A stretch of 64,000 nucleotides of DNA from Deltaproteobacteria bacterium. Lineage in GTDB: Bacteria > Desulfobacterota > Desulfobaccia > Desulfobaccales > Desulfobaccaceae. A program made the position numbers and the translations under genes. This document shows, piece after piece, positions 46,218-59,041 of this stretch. Within the stretch, counting starts at the first letter, position 1, and each line of letters opens with the position of its first letter. The stretch lies in assembly GCA_019309545.1 (NCBI GenBank), contig JAFDGA010000023.1, positions 1,320-65,319 of the forward strand, written 5' to 3'. The notes below the pieces were generated by a model. That model made no database searches, was not told the origin of the DNA, and was given only the letters and a program-made list of their open reading frames with translations.

Positions 46218-46559
46218 TTAATCGGGCCCCAACAGAGCCGGAGCCGGACGATGGAGCGGGGCCAGGCCGGTCCTGCGGCCTAGGGCGGTGATCCAATGGA
46301 TCCCCGGCGTCGCCCCGGCCGGCACCGTTATCATATTAATGAACTTGCCGACATCGGTAGTGGCCGCCAAGACCAGAGCGGTGGTGCTGAGCTAGATATC
46401 AACCACCTCGTTATTACCAAAGGCGGTGCCGGTCACCTGCACTGCCGACTAGGGCGGCCCCACGGCGGGGGAGCGCGTTAAAGTCGGGGCTGCCGCCGCT
46501 GCCAGCAGCAGGACCAGCAAAATTACCAGTTAAATGCCCAACAATCCCCAAAATGTTAA
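46218..46559 (-). pseudogene. remnant of a small secreted Ig-like/TIG-like domain protein with three in-frame stops
   Basis: A single frame reads ...WGLLGI*LVILLVLLLAAAAAPTLTRSPAVGPP*SAVQVTGTAFGNNEVVDI*LSTTALVLAATTDVGKFINMITVPAGATPGIHWITALG.... The stops are TAA 46530-46532, TAG 46449-46451 and a second TAG. No start codon is retained. Confidence 0.3.
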
Positions 46560-47125
46560 CCGTTGTATCTGCCTGTCCTGCTCTTTAGGGAATAAGCCCC
46601 GCGTACCTCCTTTAAAGCCTCGATCAGGGCCTCTACCGGGCTGGCGCGGCGCTGCCGGGCCATCAGGTGGACAATGACCTCGGTATCCATGGTGGATTGA
46701 AAAATAGAGCCTTGCTGCTCTAGACGTTGGCGCAGTTCCTGGGCGTTGACCAGGTTGCCGTTATGCCCGATAGCCATGGTCTGACCGGCATGATGGACCA
46801 CGAAGGGTTGGGCGTTGACCACAAGCGATGACCCCGTGGTGGAATAGCGGACATGGCCGATAGCCAGGTGTCCCTTCAGTACCTCAAGGGCCCGGGGGTG
46901 GAAAACTTCCGAGACCAGTCCCATGCCTTTATGCTGCCGCACCTGCTGTCCATCCGCAGTAACAATGCCGCAGGATTCCTGACCGCGATGCTGCAGGGCA
47001 TACAGGCCAAAATAGGTCAATCGGGCCGCATCGGCATGGCCGTAGAGGCCGAAGACGCCGCAGTACTCCCGAGGGCGGTGGTTGGCCCGGTTTATGAGAT
47101 TTAAGCTAAGGGCGCGTTTGGGCAT
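46556..47125 (-). pseudogene. purF: amidophosphoribosyltransferase (PurF) 5' fragment, truncated inside the glutaminase domain
   Basis: A propeptide plus the CGVFGLYGH catalytic Cys, followed by GLYALQHRGQES and GHVRYSTTG blocks, are PurF-typical. The ORF stops after ~189 aa (EVRGAYSL then unrelated KSRTGRYNG*). No PRTase domain follows in any frame. Confidence 0.7.
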
Positions 47126-47396
47126 GTTAACCAGAGTATGAAGCCCTCAAAAGTTAGATGAGGTTATTAGCTACCTGCCGTGATTCTCACTAAAACTGCC
47201 AGAGCTTCCGAGTAATGCAAAAATAACTGACTGGAAAATATGAAAGGTTGACAAGATGGCAGCGTGACCAATTATAATCGAAATATAAATGGTTTTCCCA
47301 GGCAAGTCAATGATCATTGAACTGATTATTAGGCGTTATACGCTGGTCGGCCTGCCTTATTTGCGGTTTTGCTGTATGCCTGTATCAATTTATCCA

Positions 47397-47425
47397 TTGA
47401 AATTGTGAGTCGGCAGCATTATAAT
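47397..47425 (+). promoter_or_regulatory. candidate sigma70 promoter
   Basis: TTGAAA-N17-TATAAT read directly from the sequence, about 190 nt upstream of the 47616 ORF. Confidence 0.45.
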
Positions 47426-47615
47426 GCAAAGGTGGGTTTCAGGTGGTAAATCAATAATACTTCAGTGAGATCGGCGACCCCAGTTCTCCACGGTGGGGAA
47501 TCGGCAGGGGTGGAAAAGGAGGTGGTGCCTCAACCAGCGAGATCAGAATTACGCAGTTATAAGAGCAAGGAACAAGAGATGATCGGTTAAAACCACCATA
47601 AAGGAGACAAGCGAC

Positions 47616-47948
47616 ATGATGAGAAAAGTGATCTTAGGCCTCATCCTGGCTGTGGTAGCTGTAATGCTTATCGCCTCTGGCGCTATGGCGGCCAAATTAC
47701 TCTGCATCTCGAAGGAGACACACCAAGGCGATCAGACGGTGGCCTCCTGTCTGGCTAAAGGGGATGAATTCGCCATTGTTGATGACCATGGCATCGTGCA
47801 CGTTTTAACCCCCCGGGAGGTGGAACTAACCAAAGCCTTTAATCCCCAGGTTTTTGAGCAGCGGGCCTTCAGCATCCGATATCGCGAACTGGCCCCGGAG
47901 CTGAAAATCTTTGGGAAAACCATCCGTCCCGCCCACGAGAAAAAATAA
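47616..47948 (+). CDS. small secreted hypothetical protein
   Basis: 110 aa. AAGGAG RBS and signal peptide MMRKVILGLILAVVAVMLIASGAMA. No recognisable domain. Confidence 0.5.
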   Translation: MMRKVILGLILAVVAVMLIASGAMAAKLLCISKETHQGDQTVASCLAKGDEFAIVDDHGIVHVLTPREVELTKAFNPQVFEQRAFSIRYRELAPELKIFGKTIRPAHEKK

Positions 47949-48287
47949 AACCAATTTTCCTCTGGGGGAGGGTAAAGGCTTCTTAACCCTCCTCTCATTT
48001 GAGACTTGCCCGCCAGTATTAAGAGCTTTGACCAATTGTACTCCTGACCGGCCTGGCTCAGGCCGGATTGGAACGTGTCAGCAGCCCGGCTCGCCGTGAT
48101 GACCGCAACAGTTCCGGCGGTTTTTGATTTTCAGCCAGTTATTGCGCCACAGCAGGCGCAATTTCATGGACCAGGGAAGCGGCCCCCGGAGATTGGTGAA
48201 AAACGCACCGGGACTAGGCCGATATTTGTTGCCGGCGCACATTTAAAATACCCGATCCAAGTCTAGAGTTGATAGTAGGGCCAGAAA

Positions 48288-51536
<3,249 letters not shown>

Positions 51537-51613
51537 AGACTGTTAATTTATGGATTGACATATTACACTTGACCTCAAGTGATGGAGATTAAACAGCGCT
51601 CCACCGAGATTCT

Positions 51614-52825
51614 TTAATCGTACCGTTTTAGAAGGTGGACAGTGTCCCCCTGACGGGCTAGGGACAGGGATTGACTTAAGTTTATCAACTGCTCGGCTCG
51701 CCAGGTCCAGGAGCGCTCCCGGCCGTGCGCCTCGGCCGCACGCACCATCTGCACAAACCGCTCCTCATCCGCGAAAATCCGTTTGATGGCCTGGGTTAAA
51801 CTCTGGACGTCGTCGGGTTGAAAGAAAAAGGCATCCTCACCTTCGGACAGCAGCAGCTCAGTGGTAGGAAGCCGGGAGGCCAGCACCGGCAGGCCAAAGG
51901 ACTGGTAATCACCAAGCTTGGCGGGCGAGGTTAAATTTCTAGTATAGAAGGTATCTTTGAGGGGCAGGACCCCGACACTGGCCTGGGTAGCGCAGATCCG
52001 GTATAGTTCCGCCGGAGGCAGTGAACCCATGAATCTTACCCGCCCCGTTAATCCCAGGCTGTCAATTTCCTGGCTCACCGTGGCATTGGCCGTCCGGCTG
52101 CTGCCGCCGATAATCAACAGAGTGATGCCCGGATCAACCCCGGTTAAGGCTTGCAAGAGGGTCTTGATTCCCTTGCCCATCGAAAAGGTCCCGATATAAA
52201 CTAGGGTGCGCTTCTTGAATTTCTCCGCCGCCGACAGGCTGGGCCGGGGGCGGGTCCCCAGAGGCAGCACCGTCTTAGGGAGGTTCGAAAAGACCTCCTG
52301 GTAAAGCTGGGCCTGAGGAGCCGTGATACAGACCAACATATCAAGATATTTGCAAAAAAGGCGTTCCAACAAGTAATTTTTCTTTTCTTCCAGGCTTAAT
52401 CTTAAACCTGCGGCCCGGAGGCGGGGAAGATTGGCATAGGCATGGTGAACTTCCAAAAAAATCCGCGCCCGCCCCCAGAACTTCAGAAAAACCATGTAGG
52501 GCAGCATGCCGCTATCCCGGCTTAAAATATTCATTGGTTCTCGGGCAAAGCGCCGTGACCTGGATCTAATAAAAGGATAAAGAAAAATGGGTAAGCTGGA
52601 AGAAACTCTACCAAGACAGAATCTATCAATTACCCTGACGGTGAGGCGAGGATGGGGTTCCAGGCCATAGTGCTGGCGCATATCGGCCCGCCAGTCCTGG
52701 GTTTGCCCGGCAACCACGAACTCCACCCGCTCGCCGGCCTCGGCCAGACCATAAGCGCTTTGCAGGCTGATATTGACCATGGCCCGGTTAGTTAACCAGG
52801 GACGCTTATTAATGATCAGCCACAT
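51614..52825 (-). CDS. glycosyltransferase (GT-B fold, GT4-like)
   Basis: 403 aa. C-terminal half has the GT4-type nucleotide-sugar binding pattern (VYIGTFSMGKG..., SPAKLGDYQSFGLPVLASR). Sits between carA and carB. Confidence 0.7.
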   Translation of the reverse strand: MWLIINKRPWLTNRAMVNISLQSAYGLAEAGERVEFVVAGQTQDWRADMRQHYGLEPHPRLTVRVIDRFCLGRVSSSLPIFLYPFIRSRSRRFAREPMNILSRDSGMLPYMVFLKFWGRARIFLEVHHAYANLPRLRAAGLRLSLEEKKNYLLERLFCKYLDMLVCITAPQAQLYQEVFSNLPKTVLPLGTRPRPSLSAAEKFKKRTLVYIGTFSMGKGIKTLLQALTGVDPGITLLIIGGSSRTANATVSQEIDSLGLTGRVRFMGSLPPAELYRICATQASVGVLPLKDTFYTRNLTSPAKLGDYQSFGLPVLASRLPTTELLLSEGEDAFFFQPDDVQSLTQAIKRIFADEERFVQMVRAAEAHGRERSWTWRAEQLINLSQSLSLARQGDTVHLLKRYD

Positions 52826-52906
52826 GGTCTGCCATAACCGTATAAATAATCTGGGTAAGAATAGCTCACCTTCGACCCCCTGAGTAACCCAGGCCAGGAG
52901 GTTATA

Positions 52907-54022
52907 TTATTTTAAGATCTTAATAAATTCATCAAAAAGATATCCAGCGTCATGTGGACCGGGGCTGGCTTCGGGGTGGTATTGGACCGAAAAGGCCTGA
53001 AGGCGGCGGTGACGCAGCCCTTCCAGGGTGCCGTCGTTGAGATTGATGTGGGTCAGCTCCACCTCCGGGTCGGGGATGGAATCACTGTCGACCGCAAAGC
53101 CGTGGTTCTGTGAAGTGATCTCCACCCGGCCGGTGAGCAGGTTTTTCACCGGCTGGTTGGCCCCGCGGTGGCCGAATTTGAGCTTGAAGGTGCGGCCGCC
53201 CAGGGCCAGGCCCAGGAGCTGGTGCCCCAGGCAGATACCGAACAAGGGCCTCACTCCCAGACATTGACGCGTGTTTTCAATAGCATAGGTGACTACCGCC
53301 GGATCGCCCGGACCGTTGCTGAGGACAATCCCGGCGGGCTCCAGGGCCAGAATTTCTGCTGCCGGGGTCATGGCCGGGACCACCAGAATTTCCATACCCC
53401 GTTCAGCCAGGCGGCGCAAGATATTAAATTTGACGCCGAAATCATAGGCGATGATCTTGGGGTGGCGACGCTGCGCCCAGAGGGTGGACAAATCCAAGGC
53501 AGGCGGTGGCGCGGCCTCCGGCCACCAATAGGGTGCAGCACAGGTGACATATCGGACCAGATCCAGGCCCTCCATCCGGGGCAGTTGTCGGGCTCGCCGG
53601 ATCAGTGATTCCGGATCCAGGTCCTCGGTGGAAATTATGCCGCGCATGGCCCCGACTTCGCGTAGGTGCTTGGTCGCCGCCCGGGTATCGAGGCCTTCAA
53701 TGCCCAGGACGCGATTTTGCTTCAGATAGGCGGCCAAATCGCCCTGGGACCGCCAATTGGAAGGGTAGGGGTGATACTCCTTGACGATGAAGCCCTCAAC
53801 CTGAACCCGAGAGGACTCAATATCCTCAAGATTGACGCCGTAGTTGCCCATTAGGGGATAGGTCATGGTGACGATCTGTCCCTTGTAGGACGGATCGGTC
53901 AGAATCTCCTGATAGCCGGTCATGGAGGTGTTAAATACCACCTCACCGGTGGCTTCCCCAGGGCCAGTAAAGGAGCGGCCCGATAAGACCAGGCCATCTT
54001 CCAGGGCTAAATATGCTCTCAT
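52907..54022 (-). CDS. carA: carbamoyl-phosphate synthase small (glutaminase) subunit
   Basis: 371 aa. CarA N-domain ([40 protein letters not shown]) and triad glutaminase (GICLGHQLL). Confidence 0.95.
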   Translation of the reverse strand: MRAYLALEDGLVLSGRSFTGPGEATGEVVFNTSMTGYQEILTDPSYKGQIVTMTYPLMGNYGVNLEDIESSRVQVEGFIVKEYHPYPSNWRSQGDLAAYLKQNRVLGIEGLDTRAATKHLREVGAMRGIISTEDLDPESLIRRARQLPRMEGLDLVRYVTCAAPYWWPEAAPPPALDLSTLWAQRRHPKIIAYDFGVKFNILRRLAERGMEILVVPAMTPAAEILALEPAGIVLSNGPGDPAVVTYAIENTRQCLGVRPLFGICLGHQLLGLALGGRTFKLKFGHRGANQPVKNLLTGRVEITSQNHGFAVDSDSIPDPEVELTHINLNDGTLEGLRHRRLQAFSVQYHPEASPGPHDAGYLFDEFIKILK

Positions 54023-54288
54023 TTACTGGTTAACCGAAATTAATTATAGATATTATTCCGAGCATCTAAAAGGTTAACTTTTAGAGGAGGGGACCGGGGG
54101 ACCGCTGGCTCCCCGCCCTTCCCTCAAGCTGTTTATTTTAACCCCAATTCATTCATTTTATGACCTGAGTAATAAATTAAATTACCTTTTATATCATTTA
54201 TTTTTAGATTTCCAAACTTTTCCCTGCTGGAGTCTGTTACCGTGAACAGCGGCGGGCTGACAAAAATTTCCGTGGCATAAATTTTTGC

Positions 54289-54317
54289 TTGACATGGTGC
54301 TAAAATTTTGATTAATA
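54289..54317 (+). promoter_or_regulatory. candidate promoter of the aromatic amino-acid operon
   Basis: Perfect -35 TTGACA at 54289-54294. A weak -10 (TTAATA/TAATAA) follows after 17-18 nt, about 35 nt upstream of the leader-peptide RBS. Confidence 0.35.
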
Positions 54318-54350
54318 AATTCGGTATAAATAGTCGAGGAAAAGAAGAGC

Positions 54351-54437
54351 ATGGACGCTGATCGGGCCGGGAGAAACGTTAGCTGTTATTATTACTTTTG
54401 GCCCTGGACCTGCGCCTCGACTTTTAAAAGCAAATAG
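54351..54437 (+). CDS. attenuator leader peptide rich in aromatic codons
   Basis: 28-codon ORF MDADRAGRNVSCYYYFWPWTCASTFKSK with a GAGGA RBS. Six of seven consecutive codons (54387-54407) are Tyr/Phe/Trp. It is followed by alternative antiterminator and terminator structures. Confidence 0.65.
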   Translation: MDADRAGRNVSCYYYFWPWTCASTFKSK

Positions 54438-54474
54438 CCAATAAAAACAGTGACTTTTAAAAGCCGTGGCGCAG
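54410..54474 (+). promoter_or_regulatory. candidate antiterminator helix of the aro leader
   Basis: 54410-54430 (CTGCGCC-t-CG-a-CTTTTAAAAG) pairs with 54454-54474 (CTTTTAAAAG-c-CG-t-GGCGCAG), giving 19 bp with two 1x1 mismatches. The 3' arm contains the whole 5' half of the terminator stem. The 5' arm lies between the aromatic codons and the leader stop codon. Confidence 0.55.
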
Positions 54475-54498
54475 CACAGGCGACCACGGCTTTTTTAT
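54459..54498 (+). terminator. intrinsic terminator (attenuator) in the 5' leader of the aro operon
   Basis: AAAAGCCGTGG(CGC)...(GCG)aCCACGGC followed by TTTTTTATTATT, located 55 nt upstream of the first structural gene. Confidence 0.75.
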
Positions 54499-54553
54499 TA
54501 TTCCAGGTCGTGATTAGCCTGGCTACCAGACCCCGGTTCGAGGAGGAGAGCAA

Positions 54554-55348
54554 ATGATTGGCAAACAGATTCGCATGGAACGCATTATTAATCGGGAGAC
54601 TGGGCGCACAGTGGTGGTTCCCATGGATCATGGGGTCACCGTGGGTCCCATCGAGGGTTTAATTGACATGAAGACCACCGTAGATCAGGTAGCCCTGGGC
54701 GGTGCCAATGCCATTGTCATCCACAAAGGCCTGGTCGGGACTGGCCATCGCCGCCGGGGCCGGGATGTGGGACTGATTATTCATTTATCGGCTTCCACCA
54801 GCCTGTCGCCTTTTCCGCATGCCAAGACTTTGGTCTGCAGTGTCGAGGAGGCCATCAAGTTGGGGGCGGATGCGGTTTCCATCCACGTCAATATCGGGAA
54901 CGGCATGGAACGGGATATGCTGACCGATCTGGGCCAGGTCGCGCAAGAGGCCCACGATTGGGGCATGCCGCTGTTGGCGATGATCTACCCCCGGGGAGAA
55001 AAAATCTCGGATGAGTACGAGCCCCGGGTCATCAAACACGCTGCCCGTTTAGGCGCGGAATTAGGGGCGGATTTAGTCAAGGTATCCTATACCGGGTCGG
55101 TGGAGAGCTTCCGGGAAGTGGTGGCTGGCTGTCCGGTGCCGGTGGTGATTGCCGGCGGTCCCAAGATGACCTCGGACCGAGACATCCTGGAAATGGTCAA
55201 AGGCTCGATCGAAGCCGGCGGTGCTGGGGTGTCCATTGGCCGCAATGTCTTCCAACACCGGGAGCCGAGTCGGATGGTGGGGGCCATCAGTCTGCTGGTG
55301 CATGAAAACAGCACGGTGGAGGAGGCCCTGTCCTTTCTGCAAACCTAA
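54554..55348 (+). CDS. 2-amino-3,7-dideoxy-D-threo-hept-6-ulosonate synthase (AroA', DhnA-type class I aldolase family)
   Basis: 264 aa. [25 protein letters not shown] and LVKVSYTG blocks match the MJ0400-type aldolase family. It is followed directly by DHQ synthase II. Confidence 0.8.
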   Translation: MIGKQIRMERIINRETGRTVVVPMDHGVTVGPIEGLIDMKTTVDQVALGGANAIVIHKGLVGTGHRRRGRDVGLIIHLSASTSLSPFPHAKTLVCSVEEAIKLGADAVSIHVNIGNGMERDMLTDLGQVAQEAHDWGMPLLAMIYPRGEKISDEYEPRVIKHAARLGAELGADLVKVSYTGSVESFREVVAGCPVPVVIAGGPKMTSDRDILEMVKGSIEAGGAGVSIGRNVFQHREPSRMVGAISLLVHENSTVEEALSFLQT

Positions 55349-55364
55349 TGATCAGGGAGCAAAG

Positions 55365-56357
55365 ATGAAACAGGCATGGGTAAAGGTTGATCCCTGGGAT
55401 AAAAAGCGGGTTACCACTGCCCTGGAAGGTGGGGCCGACGCGGTGCTGGTGCCGGGCGGCTACGCCGATGAGGTCCGGGCTTTGGGGCGCCTCCAGGTAG
55501 TTGCTCCGGATGGCGATCTGATCCCAGGACAGGACGTCCATACTATTACGCTGACTAGCATGGAAGACGAAGCGGAGGTCATTCGACTTTCTCAGAGCGG
55601 CCCGGTAATCGTGCAATGTTCTGATTGGACGATCATTCCTTTGGAAAATCTGGTAGCCCGCTCCGCTAATCTCTTTGTCGAGGTCACCAATGCTGAAGAT
55701 GCCCGCACCTTTTTGGGAATTTTGGAGCGAGGCGTGGATGGGGTGGTGATTACCACCCCCGAGATGTCGGAAGTGAAGAAGATTTTACGGGTGGTTAAGG
55801 AGATTTCCCCGCCAGTTGAATTAACCGTAGCCCAAATCACCCAGATCAAGCCGCTGGGGATGGGCGATCGGGTCTGTGTGGATACCTGCACCAACATGGG
55901 CAAAGGGGAGGGTATGCTGATCGGCAACTCTTCCGCGGCCCTATTTCTGGTCCACGCCGAGTCCCTGGAAAACCCCTATGTGGCGCCTCGGCCTTTCAGG
56001 GTTAATGCTGGTCCGGTTCACGCCTATATCCGGGTTCCGGAGGGCAAAACCCGCTATCTGGGGGAACTGGCCGCCGGAGATGAAGTGTTGATCGTCAACC
56101 ATACCGGCCGCACTTTACCAGCGGTGGTGGGCCGGATAAAATTGGAAAAACGGCCGTTGATGCTGGTTGCTGCCAGTTGCGGCGGACAGGAGTTCAGCAC
56201 CGTGGTCCAGAATGCCGAGACCATTCGACTCACTCAACCGGGGGGCGAGGCAATTTCCGTAGTGCATCTTAAGCCCGGAGATGAAGTGCTGGTGGCCTTG
56301 GAAGAGGCTGGCCGCCACTTCGGCTATAAAGTTAGTGAGACCATAATTGAGAAATAG
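55365..56357 (+). CDS. 3-dehydroquinate synthase II (AroB', archaeal type)
   Basis: Start at ATG 55365 (GGGAG RBS). MKQAWVKVDPWDKKRVTTALEGGADAVLVP and the rest match the MJ1249-type DHQ synthase II family. Confidence 0.85.
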   Translation: MKQAWVKVDPWDKKRVTTALEGGADAVLVPGGYADEVRALGRLQVVAPDGDLIPGQDVHTITLTSMEDEAEVIRLSQSGPVIVQCSDWTIIPLENLVARSANLFVEVTNAEDARTFLGILERGVDGVVITTPEMSEVKKILRVVKEISPPVELTVAQITQIKPLGMGDRVCVDTCTNMGKGEGMLIGNSSAALFLVHAESLENPYVAPRPFRVNAGPVHAYIRVPEGKTRYLGELAAGDEVLIVNHTGRTLPAVVGRIKLEKRPLMLVAASCGGQEFSTVVQNAETIRLTQPGGEAISVVHLKPGDEVLVALEEAGRHFGYKVSETIIEK

Positions 56358-56360
56358 ACT

Positions 56361-57446
56361 ATGACCGACAAGCAAACCCTACGGCAGCAGATTGACGCCT
56401 TAGATGAACAATTGGTTTCTCTGCTCAATCAACGCCAGGCCTTAGCTCGGACCATCGGCGAGATCAAAAACCAGCAGAGCCTGGAGACCCTGGATCCGGA
56501 GCGGGAACAACAGGTCCTGTCCCATTTGCAGCAATGCAATACCGGGCCACTCAGCCAAGAGGCCTTGAATAACATTTTCCGGGAGATCATCTCTGCGGCC
56601 CGGCAGATTCAGATGCCCTTGAAGGTGGCTTTTTTGGGACCCGAAGCGACCTTTACCCATCTGGCGGCGATTAAAAAATTTGGCCGCAGCAGCCATTTCG
56701 GACCATTGCCGACTATCCAGGAGGTATTTTTCGAGGTGGAAAAAGGTAAGTACCATCTAGGGGTAGTTCCTATTGAAAATTCTACCGAGGGGGTAGTCAA
56801 CGATACCCTGGACCTGTTCGTGGAGACGTCGCTCAAGGTCTGTGGGGAGGTCTATTTGGAGATTTCGCATGATCTGATCTCCCGCACCGGTCAGCGCCAG
56901 GACATTGAAATAATCTATACCCACCCGCAGGCCTATGCCCAGTGCCGACAATGGCTCCGGACCCACCTCCCGGAAATTCCGGTCATGGATGTGCGCTCCA
57001 CCGGCGTGGCCGCACAGAAGGCCGCCCAGAACCCTAATTCGGCGGCCATTGCCAGTTCTTTTGCGGCCTCTCTCTACAATCTTCGGGTGGTCGAACCCCG
57101 CATTGAGAATCATCGGGGTAATGCCACCCATTTCTTTATTATCGGGCCGCAGAGCCAGGCTCCTACCGGGGCCGACAAAACCTCAATAATCTTTGGGGTC
57201 GATGACGTGCCCGGGGCCTTGTATAGTATGTTGCGACCGCTGGCCGAACGCCGCATCAACATGACCCGCATTGTTTCCCGACCCATTAAGACGGTGGCCT
57301 GGCGCTACCTCTTTTTCGTTGACCTGGACGGCCATCGGGATGAAGAGCCGGTTAAGGGGTGCCTGGCAGAAATGGAGCGACTGAGTGTGTTCTTTAAGGT
57401 TATGGGCTCATTCCCGCGCTCGGAAGTGGTTGAGAAGATCAGTTGA
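56361..57446 (+). CDS. pheA: bifunctional chorismate mutase / prephenate dehydratase (P-protein)
   Basis: 361 aa. N-terminal CM_2 helix bundle (LRQQIDALDEQLVSLLNQR), PDT domain (VAFLGPEATFTH, IENSTEGVV) and a C-terminal ACT domain. Confidence 0.9.
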   Translation: MTDKQTLRQQIDALDEQLVSLLNQRQALARTIGEIKNQQSLETLDPEREQQVLSHLQQCNTGPLSQEALNNIFREIISAARQIQMPLKVAFLGPEATFTHLAAIKKFGRSSHFGPLPTIQEVFFEVEKGKYHLGVVPIENSTEGVVNDTLDLFVETSLKVCGEVYLEISHDLISRTGQRQDIEIIYTHPQAYAQCRQWLRTHLPEIPVMDVRSTGVAAQKAAQNPNSAAIASSFAASLYNLRVVEPRIENHRGNATHFFIIGPQSQAPTGADKTSIIFGVDDVPGALYSMLRPLAERRINMTRIVSRPIKTVAWRYLFFVDLDGHRDEEPVKGCLAEMERLSVFFKVMGSFPRSEVVEKIS

Positions 57447-58120
57447 GTAGGCTAAAAATCTGCGTGCCGGTCATTGAGCGGAGTAACCAGGCCGCGGCCC
57501 AAGCCCTGAAACAGATTGCCGCGCGGGGCTATGTGGCTGAACTGCGGGTAGATTATTTGGCGCAGCCCGATTTGCCTTGGTTATTAGAGGCCCGTCCGGG
57601 CCCGGTGATCGTCACTAACCGGCTGCCGCAGGAGGGCGGCCAATGGCAGGGGTCCGAAACGGACCGGCAACGCCTGCTGGAGGAGGCCCTGGAACTGGGA
57701 GTGGAATACCTGGATGTCGAACTACAGGCCGAAACCCAATGGCGGGATGACCTGCTGGCCCGGCGGGGTTCCACCCGGATTATCCTGTCATGGCATGACT
57801 TCCAGGGGACGCCGGAAACCACCAGGTTAGAGGATATCCTGGCGGAGCAGATGCAGCAAAACGCTGACCTGGTTAAGCTGGTCACTCTGGCCCGGAAATC
57901 CGAGGATAACCTGCGGGTGCTGTCCCTGATACCTCAGGCCCATGGAGCGGGCCAGGAGATCATCGCCTTCTGCATGGGCCCTTTAGGAAAGTTTTCCAGG
58001 GTCATTGCCCCTTTGCTGGGCAGCTATCTGACCTTTGCCACCCTGGCAGCGGGCCGGGAATCGGCTCCCGGACAATTGACCGTCTCAGAGGTGGAAGCCA
58101 TCTGGGGGATCTTGGCATGA
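57443..58120 (+). CDS. aroD: type I 3-dehydroquinate dehydratase
   Basis: 225 aa. Typical type I DHQase layout (AELRVDYL, ILSWHDFQGTP, KLVT). Overlaps pheA by 4 nt. Confidence 0.85.
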   Translation: MSRLKICVPVIERSNQAAAQALKQIAARGYVAELRVDYLAQPDLPWLLEARPGPVIVTNRLPQEGGQWQGSETDRQRLLEEALELGVEYLDVELQAETQWRDDLLARRGSTRIILSWHDFQGTPETTRLEDILAEQMQQNADLVKLVTLARKSEDNLRVLSLIPQAHGAGQEIIAFCMGPLGKFSRVIAPLLGSYLTFATLAAGRESAPGQLTVSEVEAIWGILA

Positions 58121-58935
58121 TTGATGGCAACACGAAAGTTTTTGGCATATTGGGCCAGCCCGTCGGTCACTCCTTAAGTCCGGCCATGCACAATGCCGCA
58201 TTTCAGACCCGCGGAGTTAATGCCGTCTATGTGGCCTTTCCGGTGCAGAATCTGGAGCAGGCGGTCCTAGGGCTTAGAGGCCTCGATATCGGCGGGGTCA
58301 GCGTTACCATCCCCTTCAAAGAAGCGATCATACCGCTGTTGGACGACATTGACGCCAAGGCCGCGGCCATGGGCGCAGTGAATACGGTGATCAATCAGCA
58401 GGGGCGGCTTCAAGGTTGCAATACCGATTACCTGGGGGCGATCGCCGCCCTGAAAGATCGGACTGAAATCAAGGGGCAGCATTTCCTGCTGCTGGGAGCC
58501 GGAGGTGCCGCCCGGGCCATAGCCTTCGGGATCATCGAAGCCGGAGGACAGGTCACGATCACCGATATCGACTGGGACCGGGCCCAGACCCTGGCCCGGG
58601 AACTACAGGTGGAATCTATTGCCTTACATGATCTGGCCCACTGCCCGGCAGCGATGTTAATAAACGCTACCCCGGTGGGTATGGCCCCCGCTACGGAAGA
58701 GATACCCATTGCTCCAGAATTATTAGGGCGCTTTTCCCTGGTCATGGATATCGTTTACCGGCCCCTTAAGACCCGGCTTTTGCAGGAGACCGAGGCCCGC
58801 GGCGGCCAGACCATCGACGGCCTCCAGATGCTAATCTATCAGGGGGTTGTCCAGTTTGAACTGTTTACCGGTCGATCCGCGCCGGTGGAGGTCATGCGGC
58901 AGGCCGCCTTGGCGGCCCTGTCCGTTAAATCTTAA
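58117..58935 (+). CDS. aroE: shikimate dehydrogenase
   Basis: 272 aa. GILGQPVGHSLSPAMHNAAF, VTIPFKEA, NTD and GAGGAARA motifs. Overlaps aroD by 4 nt. Confidence 0.9.
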   Translation: MIDGNTKVFGILGQPVGHSLSPAMHNAAFQTRGVNAVYVAFPVQNLEQAVLGLRGLDIGGVSVTIPFKEAIIPLLDDIDAKAAAMGAVNTVINQQGRLQGCNTDYLGAIAALKDRTEIKGQHFLLLGAGGAARAIAFGIIEAGGQVTITDIDWDRAQTLARELQVESIALHDLAHCPAAMLINATPVGMAPATEEIPIAPELLGRFSLVMDIVYRPLKTRLLQETEARGGQTIDGLQMLIYQGVVQFELFTGRSAPVEVMRQAALAALSVKS

Positions 58936-59041
58936 CGAACAATCTTAACGAATCTTGGCGGCCCTGTACCTCGATGGTCGATTTTTTACCATCGAGATCC
59001 CAAGACCCAGAAAAAGCACTGAGTGAGAATTGTATCTACCT

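Noticed and set aside
54392-54631. 79-aa minus-strand ORF overlapping the aro leader and the start of aroA'
   Set aside because: It is antisense to a well-supported leader peptide/terminator and to the first structural gene. It has no RBS, and a translation such as [17 protein letters not shown] shows no motif.
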